DNA of 63,286 nucleotides, counting the filler, from Olpidium bornovanus S191 (taxonomy: Eukaryota; Fungi; Olpidiomycota): assembly GCA_017911155.1 (NCBI GenBank). It is 30 parts of 30 records of this genome, joined end to end, with 100 filler letters (N's around TTAATTAATTAA, not from the genome) between each part and the next. Parts side by side here need not be neighbours in the genome. Positions count along the whole stretch, not along the records: positions 53,446 to 55,273 come from JAEFCI010010258.1; positions 55,374 to 58,337 come from JAEFCI010002162.1; positions 58,438 to 61,540 come from JAEFCI010004756.1; positions 61,641 to 63,286 come from JAEFCI010003136.1; 26 more parts are not named here. One strand, given 5' to 3'. Made by a program: the position numbers and the translations under genes. Below the pieces are notes generated by a model, which worked only from the letters and a program-made list of their open reading frames with translations, was not told the origin of the DNA and did not search any database. The first letter of the stretch is position 1, and every line of letters starts with the position of its first letter. Positions 54,146-63,286 of this stretch are shown here, piece by piece.

Positions 54146-55611
54146 TCACGCAAACCTTTTTCCCGGCGGCTTGCCTCCCCTTCCCAAATGTGCCGAGCAA
54201 TGTCATCCAATCCTGCAGTCGGATTTTTTTTTTTTCTTTTGTAACACCCGCTTTGTCGTGATCTGCATTCCGATACCTGGTCGTGATGTAATAATAATAT
54301 GATGGGTTTGAGTATTATTGTGGGTGTCACCGCCAATTGGTGGGGTGAAGCCCGCTTAGCCTCCGGCGTCGGCCGGGCGAAAGAGCTGGCGTCCAAAACG
54401 CCCCAGGCCAGCCACGTCCGGCCAGATTCCGTCGAGACCGCCCATGGGGGTTGACGGTCACAGCGCGTTGCATCCCAAAGTCATAGCAAAAATTTTCCGG
54501 TCGCAAAAGGACTAGTCATCGGGCAAAAGCATGTTCACATCCGTCGGATTAACGTTGCGTCCTACAGAAAACGAAGCCCAAGTTGCGCCAGCGATTATGG
54601 AAGCAAAGTCCCATTTCCGAGGACTTTTCCCTTTTCTCGGGACAGATTTCGTTTTAGGTTCTACGTCCCCAAACCGACGCCGATTTCAATGTCGCACTCT
54701 TCATGAACAAAACATTCTCCTCCACAAGGCTCCTCATCTCACATGGAGACATTCCCAGTTGGAATGATTTCAAAGATCGGACTTCCAAAAGAGTGAACTG
54801 AAAATACGCGTCCTCGTAGCAAAAAATGTTAATTTCATAGTACACGAAAATTCTCGCAGCCTAGCTGAAACCTCCATCTTTAAATGAGATGTGCACAATT
54901 CCCATGTCTATTTCGGAAAATACGAGCGGACTGCGAACAGGACCACAATCCAACAAGAAAAGTAGCGCGACATTGCTTTAAACGAGGGTTTACAGAAACA
55001 GTCGCCCCTATGAAAACACACAGCGCGGGTACAGCTCACTTCGATTCTTTCTAAACGACGTGGTTAACGGTACTGGTTTAAATGCAGAGACGGTACACGA
55101 CCCGTTCTGAGTCAGCGCCAAAAAAAAACGGACCTCTACTTCCGCGTCAGACGCTGTAACGGTGCTGCGGTTCGTAACGCACCTTCACAAACCCGATGTC
55201 TCCGGCGTACTGACGAAAGCACTGGCGGCAGATGTTCAGACCGTACTGACGGAGAAGACCGGCCTGGTGGGCGNNNNNNNNNNNNNNNNNNNNNNNNNNN
55301 NNNNNNNNNNNNNNNNNTTAATTAATTAANNNNNNNNNNNNNNNNNNNNNNNNNNNNNNNNNNNNNNNNNNNNCGGGTCGAGCAGCGTCGGCTGCCCTCT
55401 GCTTTCTTTCCCTTTCCTCCTCTTTTCGCGCGGCGCCGGCCGCGGAGGAGTTTGAGGCCGCGTCGCAGAGCTATCGACGTCGGTCTGAGTGCGATGCGCG
55501 AGCCCGCCTATCAACCGGTTCGTCCAGAGTTCCCTGCGGGCCCGAAGCCAACTTTGCCTTCTCTGCCGCTCGAACTCGATCTGCTTTCGGCGTCGGCTTT
55601 ACCGCCGACAC

Positions 55612-55805
55612 CGTGCGACAACGAGCCGGCGGAGGAAATTATAGGACTCGGCATTTTGGCGGAGCTCGGGGAACCAGGAATTCTAAGCGCGGGGAGAGAT
55701 GGCTGCCGGGGCATCATCGGGGAGTTCAGCGTCTGGTTGTGGCGGGGAAACCGGGCGCATGAGAACGCGGACCTGAATATAACTGTCATCGGCGACAGGG
55801 GCGGG
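55612..55805 (-). repeat. 194-bp inverted paralogous copy of 56832-57025
   Basis: Ungapped alignment by eye, mostly third-position differences, one in-frame stop. Confidence 0.9.
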
Positions 55806-56319
55806 ATGCTATTGCATAGCCGAGACCAAGGAAGGCAGGTTTTCAAGGGGGCGCAGGGCCTCTTTTTCGTGGGACAGTTTATGCTAAGAGTGGGCGAGTG
55901 CGCGTCAAGAGAGAGAGGGGGAGAGAGAGAGAGGAAGGAGAGTTGGCTGCCTTTCGTGTGGGTTTGCACGCGTTTTTTAGGGGGGAAGAAGAAGTCTATG
56001 CGTAGTACAAAATTGCTCCGTGGCAACCAGCCTCCTACTTTTCTGCAATAGTTAGAATTCTATGCTCGGTTTCTGGAATTTAATGTGCGTTTTTTGGTTT
56101 CCTCACGGTTTCTCCCATTTTCTCCTCGTACCCTTTGTTCCCCTTCACTACAGCCGCCCCCCCGGGACTGACGAGCTTGTTTCGGCAGTCACGGTGTATC
56201 ACGTGGTTGACAGCTTTTTTGGTTTTTAACGAGTCGGATTTGGCTCCACCAACGCTACTTGCCCCGCACCATTACCCCGCACTTCAGTCTCCGCCGCGTC
56301 CACCCGTCCACCCAGCCAC

Positions 56320-57548
56320 AATGTCGTCCTCTGCGTCCGCTGCCCCTGCGTCCACCCCGTCCACCTTCACCGAGAGGCGTCTCGATGCCGCCACCCGTCG
56401 GATATATACGGCCTTCTGGGCGCACCGGTTGTGAGACTCCCGCAGTTTGCTCGCGGCTGCAGCTGCGTGCGTTGCCGATCGGCCAACGCCAGAACGTCAA
56501 TGCACTCTGCGCGGGCGGATGATCCGGTTCATCCATTACGCGTGGAGGTTTTGCGCCGTCCACGAGGACGGAAGTACCGAAGCCTGCGTCGCCGTTCTCC
56601 AGTCAGTTCTGGTCCCTCCTTCGTACTGCAACTCCACGTTGATAGATAACCTCTTCCACGTCTACTTGCAGACTTCATCAATTGATGATTGACGCCTTCC
56701 TCCAGGTCATGAACTGGCCAGCCTCCTTTTGGCTCCCTGCGGATCCTCGCGATCTGGAATTCCTGTTCTTGCCGTCAGACACGCAGTATTGTGGCCCCGC
56801 CGGCCCCGAAGATCGCGACTATGATCCGCGCCCCGCTCCCGTCGCCGACGACAGTTATACTCAGGTTCGCGTCCTCATGCCCCCGGTCTCTCCGCCGCAG
56901 CCAGACGCCGAGCTCGCAGACGATGCCCCGGCAGCCATTTCTCCCCGCGCTCGGAACTCTTGGTTCCCGGAGCTCCGCCAAAGCGCCGAATCCTATAATT
57001 TTCTCCGCCGGCTCGCGGTCGCACGAGAGGACCCTCCCATCGACATGTCCCGGGTCGACCAGGGCCAAACGCGTTCACAAAATTTTCTTATCTCAGACAT
57101 TTGGCGGGACGTCCCGCGCGACGACGACGACAATCCCGAGGGAGGCGGCAGGGACGAGGGCGCCCTTCCCCCTTCAGATCACGTCACGCGGTCGCAGGCT
57201 CGCGCCAGCCACGCCTCCGCGTCGACGACCAGACACACGCCTGCCCCGGCAACATCCGGCTCCACCTCCGCCTCCACAACAAGTCGCAGGATCGCGACCG
57301 CCACCGCCCCCAGCAGTCATCGTAGCACGCGGTCGCGGACAACCACCGCCGTCGCATTTCTGTCGTCGACCTCCGTCTTTTCGGTCCCCATGCCCCTTGC
57401 TACCAGCGAGCCTTCCTCGGTGACCGCGCCCGCGCCGCCATCTGCCAGCGGGTCTTCCTCGGCGACCGTTGCTCCCGGCGGGTCTTCCTCCAGCAGCAAC
57501 ACGTCGGCTCCCGGCTCGGCGGCAGCTGACATGCCGCCCGCTCCGTAG
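56320..57548 (+). pseudogene. disrupted ORF of an unknown multicopy family
   Basis: MSSSASAAPAS... with an in-frame TGA at 56432 and a frameshift near 56690 into the 288-codon ORF. Confidence 0.55.
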
Positions 57549-57984
57549 TCGCAACTCCACTCCCCTTTCCCCTTCCCTCCAGAGGAAAACAAAATAATAA
57601 AAAAACGTGAGTATGGTGGAATTTTGAGATCAAGTTTTGGAATTTGGTCTTGGCATTTGGTAGTTGAAACTTGGTCGCCCTGCCTCCTTCATTCGAGATC
57701 CCCGCCATCCCTTCCTCGCCTTCAACCTGACGTTTGGAGCCTCGAGGCGCCACACTCCCTCTCATCGACCTAACCGTCCATAACGCCGCAGATAGCACTG
57801 TCAGCAAACGTGATCGACGAGCGAGTATGGTCCGGTCCCGAATGCGTCCTCTGGCAATCTTCCGTGTCCCGAGCTGCACGACTTTTTATTTGTCCCGCGT
57901 CTCCCAATGGGTATCCAACGGTCATAGACTGCCTACGTATCCTCGACGAGGAATCAGGGCGTCGTAGTTCAAATACGCTTGTTG

Positions 57985-58337
57985 TGTGTTAATCGTGCAT
58001 TCTTGAGCGCAGGTCTGTTTCTTCTTCATCGTTTCCCAACTCCTCTTCTTCGTTGAGCTCCGCCTCCAGTTGGGTCGGTTCTGTTCGCATCTCACCAGTT
58101 CGACGGCGGAACAGCCGGATCCGAGTTCCCGAATATCAAGTCTTTAACGGGGTTCCATCCAGCTCACGAAAGACGTAAGTTCGGGTGTCTTGCTTTACTT
58201 TGTCCACAACCAAGGGCTCTAATCACCGAGGCAAGAGTTTCCGCTCTGTCCGAAACTCGTTGAATATTCGATAATTTCGCACTAAGACCCATTCTTCGGG
58301 TTTAATGGTTCGTTCCCGTGTTGTTCGGGCTGAGTCC
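57985..58337 (-). mobile_element. decayed Ty3/gypsy integrase C-terminus
   Basis: EWVLVRN...RKLLPR*LEPLVV...TYVFRELDGT...SGTRIRLFRRR (KLxPRWxGP / TYxLxELDG pattern) with stops. Confidence 0.75.
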
Positions 58338-58437
58338 NNNNNNNNNNNNNNNNNNNNNNNNNNNNNNNNNNNNNNNNNNNNTTAATTAATTAANNNNNNN
58401 NNNNNNNNNNNNNNNNNNNNNNNNNNNNNNNNNNNNN

Positions 58438-61400
58438 CATGCGGCAGGCTCAGGAGCAAATCAGCGCTCTGGTGGCGCGGACTAAGCAGCTGGAAACGTC
58501 GCTGGAGTCTTCGCGTCGCGAAATGGAAACGGCCCGCGGCCGGGCGGAGATTGAACACAGAACGCTGCGGGAGGGAATCGCCCAGCTCCAAGCGAGCGTC
58601 CAGGAGTCGGCGGCCGCGTTGCGGAAATCCGAACTGAGCCGCTCTGACGCCGGGAACGAAAATGCTAACCTGCGCGGCCAAATAGGCGGGCTCGAGGCGG
58701 ACCTCCGCGACCGTTCCAAGCGACTCCAAAAGGCAAACGACGATCGGGACCGGCTTCAAGATGAGATGCAGAGCCTGAAAGGGATGGTGCAGTCCGCCAA
58801 CGCCGCTGTTTTCTTGGGAAAATCCGAGATCGCCGATCTGGAGAAAGCGGTCGAGGCTCTCGCAGAGGATCTTCGCTGCAGTCGGAACGAGCGACATCAA
58901 CTGTTCGAGGAAAATTCAGAGTACCGCCAGCACGCGCGAGAAATGGAACGGGAGCTTGCGGAAGTTCGGAAGGAGGTCAGCGCCGAAAAGGAACACGCAG
59001 CAGGGCTCGCGGAACGCATTGCGAATCTTGAAGGGACGCTCCTGGAGGTGCGCAGTGAGCTCGCCCGTGCGAACGAGGAAAAGCAGCTGCAGGCTGAAAG
59101 GATACGCCGCACGGAAGCCGAAATCGCCCAGCGTTGCCAGCAACTGGAAACTGTCAAACAGGAGTTCGCCTCGGAGACCGAGCGCCTACAGGCGAGGATC
59201 TCCGGCCTCAGGGCCGAACTTGCCCAGGGCAGGGAACAGTTACGAAGGGCCGTCGCAGAAAGTGATGACGCGCAGAGAAAAGTCAGAGCCCTGGAGGTAC
59301 AGCTTGACAGCAGCTCCAGCGCCCTTTTATCGCGGAACGAGATGCAGGCGAAAGAGCGGTATCGGATGCAGGACAAGATATCGGAATTGCAGAGAACAGC
59401 GGAGATAGCCTCGCAAAAATACGACTCCGTCAACAGCGAGAAGAGCATCCTTGTGGAACATTGCCGCGAATTGGAAAAAAACCTGGAGGAGGCGCAAAAG
59501 GAGCTGAAGTCAGCCGAGCAAGCGGCGCAGGCCGAGGTGACGAAGCTGCGAGAACAGATCAGCACCTTGCAGAAGCGGCTTCGAACTCAGGATATGGAAC
59601 TGAACGCAGAAAGACAAGCCAGGGCCTATAAAGAAGATAACGGCGACGACGCGCGCACGCAAAGCGGCGCGGATAGTCAGGGCGGGGGCGCACAATCCAC
59701 GCAGGACGCGCGAGAAGGGGACGTTGACGGCACCGGAAATACCGCCGGGTGGGCGAACGGCGCTTACCGCGATGGCCAGGTCGCCGAAGCAGACGACGCC
59801 GACAGAAATGCCGCAGCAAATCCCGGACACTGGCACGCGGCCCAGGGCGAAACAGCGCACGAGGCGTTGGCGGAAGAGGTGGCTAGCCTCCGCGAGTACG
59901 TTTCCGACTTGGAACAGAAATTGGCGAACGCGCGCAGGGAGCTGCATGAGAGCAGCCGGGAGCACCGAGCCCAGGTCGACCGGCTGGAAGCGAAGCTGCG
60001 GGCGCACCAGGAAGCCGCAGCCGCCCGCCCGCGCCGCCCCGAGGAGGAAGATGGGGAGGGGGAGGGGGCGGGGGCTGGGGCTGGGGCGGGGGCTGGGGCT
60101 GGGGCGGGAGAAGCGGGCGTTCGCGCGGAAATCGAGGCCCTGAGAAAAGAGCTGCGTGCGGCGCGCGAGGGCGAAGGGAGGGAGAGGGCCCGGGCGAGGG
60201 AGAGGGAGAGCGAGCTTGACGGCCTGCAGAAGCAGGTCGAGGCGCGAAGCCAGGAGGCGGCGAGAAGCTCGCGGCGCCTGCAGGAGCTGGCGGCTGACCT
60301 GGAGCGGACGCTGGAGGAGGGGGGGCGGGCGCTGCGCGCAGGCGGCCAGGAGCGTCGGGCGGCGGCGGTGGCGGCGGCGGCGGAGCGCAGCGGGTGGCAG
60401 GCGAGCGGCGGCGGCGAAACGCGGAGGCTACGGGAAGGTAAGCCACACAGCTGCACCACGGCGCGACGGAGGCGCCGGCGGCGGCGTCGTCGGCGTCGTC
60501 TTCCCGGCGCCGGGCAGAGAGGATCTGTGCGGAATCGCGGGGGAAGCGCACGGGGGGGGGGGGGGCGCACCGGACGCGCGGGAATTTTTTTTTTTTGTTT
60601 GTTTCCCGGGGGGTCCCCCCCCCCCCCCGTTTTCGCAGCGCAAAACAACAAAAAAAAAGTTCTCAACCCACCAACCTTCCCGCCCGCCGCAGGCGACAAT
60701 AGGGGCCATCAGGCGGAGCCGCTCCCGGGAGACGCCGTTCCTCCCGCCGCCCCAGAGCAGTCCGCCGATTCGGACGACATGCGGCTAGAGCGGCTCGCCG
60801 CGTCGCTGGAGGAGAGCCGCTTGAGCTGCCGGTCGCTCCTGGCCGGCGCGGCGTCGGAGGCGGACGGGCTTCGCAGGCAGCTCGCCGCCGCAGCCGACGA
60901 GAGCGCCTCGCTCCAGAGGCGACTGGACGCCGCCACGGCCGATCTCGGCGAGAAGCGCACCGCCTGGGACTCGCCGAGGATGGCGGCGGCGGCGGAGGCC
61001 GACAGGTACCTCAAGGAAGCGCAGGCGGCCGCCCAGGAGCTGGTCCTCCTCCAGGCCAGGATGCGCACCCTGGACGGTGCTCTGGAGGAGAGCAGGCGGG
61101 AGGTCGAGCGGCTAAAGGTCGAGCGCCGCGTGGAAGCGGATGCGCTGCGCCGGAGCGTCGCGCGGCTGGAGAAGCTCGAGCGCGACCTCGACGAGAGCAG
61201 GAGGGACCTGGAGGAGGCGCGCTACGCCGCCGGCGTTGAGAAAAACCAGATGCGGGACGAGGTGCGCCGGCACAAGCACGCCGTCGCCGACCTCGAGGGC
61301 CGCGTGGCCGAGCTCGAGGGCGACGCGGCGGACCTGAAGAGCGCGAAGAAGCTCCTTTGCGGCTACGCCGGCTCCGAGGTCCCCGGGGCCCCCGACATTT

Positions 61401-61540
61401 CCCAGGAGATCGACCTGATCATGAGGGTTTTCGAGGCCAAAGGCGGGGCCGTGTCCGGGGCGGTCAGGAACCTCCTGGAAAAGGAGTCGGACAAGTCCGG
61501 CGAGATCGAAAGACTGAACGCGGACTTCGAGCACGTCCAG
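58438..61540 (+). CDS. large coiled-coil protein (centrosomal/myosin-tail-like), truncated at both ends; intron 60438-60692
   Basis: About 950 codons of heptad E/L/A/R/Q sequence; in-frame gtaagc...ccgcag intron. Confidence 0.75.
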
Positions 61541-63082
61541 NNNNNNNNNNNNNNNNNNNNNNNNNNNNNNNNNNNNNNNNNNNNTTAATTAATTAANNNN
61601 NNNNNNNNNNNNNNNNNNNNNNNNNNNNNNNNNNNNNNNNCATGATGCGCAGCGTATGTTTTTTGGACTGCTAGGCCCGTACTGGCGTAACGTCATAACA
61701 CCTCTCACGCGCCTTCTAGGTATACAATGGACTCGCGGAAATGATTTTGTGTTGACAACTTGTCGTGCCAGAGCGCGGCCGTCGACAATGAATATAGGTC
61801 TTCGTAGTTGTGTACCGACGGTAGCGTCGTTTGCTGAGCCCGGCAGGCAAAGGTTGACGACGGGCCGTGTAAACCAGTTTTTTGTTTTCCGTGAAGACGA
61901 AACGCGCCAGGTGGGTTGCCGTTTCGTAAAAGTGAGCTTAATTATGCGCGGCGTCGAGTGTCCACTGGTCAGGACACCCTCTTACCTCTTGCAAACCAGG
62001 CGGGGCCAGGAGGTCGAACGATCTGTTGGCTGGGGTGATAATTGGAAAAGCTTGCGACTGCAAATACAAAGTACGGTCCGTTAACGGGTGGAGGCCTTGA
62101 GACATGAGTATTCACGGCGCAGGGCACGCTCTCGCGCGCGGGCAAGAAGAGCGGCCAGAAGACCGTGTTTGAGCGACCCCGGCAGCCCCGCCCTTGTGCG
62201 CGGAAGCGTTGTGTGACGTTTAACGCTGGCGGGCATTATCCGGTCTGGGCGGGATGGGTTTGAAAAAAAACGCCGCGCGTAAGCGGCAAACCTACGCCAC
62301 CCGCCGCCCGCACGGAAATAATCCCATCCCCACCCGTTCTACCCGCGCTCCTGACCCAAGTTGAACTCGTTCACGGTCGGGCACCACGAAGCCGGAGCGC
62401 GCGGGCCGTGGACCGTGTGCCCGCGAGGGCCGTGATACACGAGGGCCGGGAGGAGATGGAAGAGGAAGAACGGGCCCTGTCGCAACCCCGGTGGACGCTC
62501 TGTTCCGGCTCGTCGTCGTTGAAGAGCGCATCGAGCCGGCCGGCCGGGCCTTGCGCCGGTCCTTCGTGGACGACTGAGCATCATTTTCGTCGCACGCGGG
62601 GTTTGCCTTGTTCGTCTGCAGCCGAAACATTCTGGGTGGGCCTTTCCACCCGCCGTCTGATTTATAACGATGCCGACCGCGGCTTTTTTTTTCTGAGCGG
62701 GATAAACACCGGGCCACTCCCGTACGTCGTGAGCCGGAAGATCTTGCAGCTGCCCCGCTGTTCTCGTCTGCATGAGCGATTATTTGCAAAATCACATGCC
62801 GCCAAGGAGCTGAAAGGTCCCGCCGGGCTTCACGGCCTTCGACCGAAGCTTTTCAGCGCACGCTGCCGCATCTGGATCGCGAAGCAACACCGGAAGGAGG
62901 AAGGCACCGCGTAGGGCGCCTCGCTCCGGCGCACGCCCGTCGGCCTCGTACCGACTTGTCAGCGCAAAAAACCGGTTTTCGGCGTCTCTCAATTAATTCG
63001 AAATCTGGCGAACGGAGCTATTCGGTCTGATAAACTATCATATGTTCTCGATAAAATTTATTCATGCGTCCGTAAGCGCAGC

Positions 63083-63286
63083 TCAGTAGTATCCCTTGCC
63101 CTTGCCCTTCCCGTAACCCTTGCCCTTGCCGTAGCCCTTCTTTCCGTATCCGCCGTATCCATTCTTCCCGTATCCGCCGCCGTATCCCTTCTTCCCGTAT
63201 CCGCCGCCGTATCCCTTCTTCCCGTAACCGCCGTAGCCCTTCTTCCAGGGTTCCGGGGCGGGAGCCGGGGCGGGATCTGGGCTGGG
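63083..63286 (-). CDS. Gly/Tyr/Lys-repeat peptide precursor, 5' truncated by window end
   Basis: PSPDPAPAPAPEP-WKKGYGGYGKKGYGGGYGKKGYGGGYGKNGYGGYGKKGYGKGKGYGKGKGKGYY*; varied synonymous codons; AATAAA about 20 nt after the stop (63057-63062). Confidence 0.8.
   Translation of the reverse strand, partial: PSPDPAPAPAPEPWKKGYGGYGKKGYGGGYGKKGYGGGYGKNGYGGYGKKGYGKGKGYGKGKGKGYY

Noticed and set aside
56432-58230. RIP as the cause of the TE stop codons
   Set aside because: Too few sites; the CGA>TGA and TGG>TGA changes are not in the CpA context typical of RIP
60438-60692. Arg/Gly/Phe-rich insert in the 1049-aa ORF as a novel domain
   Set aside because: Bounded by GTAAGC...CCGCAG with homopolymer runs; an in-frame intron

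Overview
This is eukaryotic DNA and not one locus. It is 30 short contigs (about 1-5 kb) joined by 29 identical 100-bp spacers (44 N + TTAATTAATTAA + 44 N), so adjacency across gaps carries no meaning. The genes are intron-rich with GC-rich exons. Fungal-type genes (Sts1/Cut8, Vrg4, Glr1, Vps68, DUF1763-like) occur together with flagellar/centriolar genes (CEP164, CFAP43, a Dpy-30/DYDC-like protein, Lys40 alpha-tubulin), which points to a zoosporic fungus (Olpidium/chytrid-like; inference). Most genes are cut by contig ends. Several Ty1/copia and Ty3/gypsy remnants are present. The best candidate for a novel system is at 38377-41085. There a 132-bp copia-type LTR (TGTTG...CAACA, followed by a PBS-like motif) contains a complete tRNA-like gene. 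It precedes a gypsy-like Gag joined to a copia-like protease, and the ORF becomes 569 stop-free codons once a nested 675-bp solo LTR (5-bp TSD) is removed. A second highlight, missed by the ORF track, is a Gly/Tyr/Lys-repeat peptide precursor at the window end. All family assignments come from recalled motifs, not database searches.
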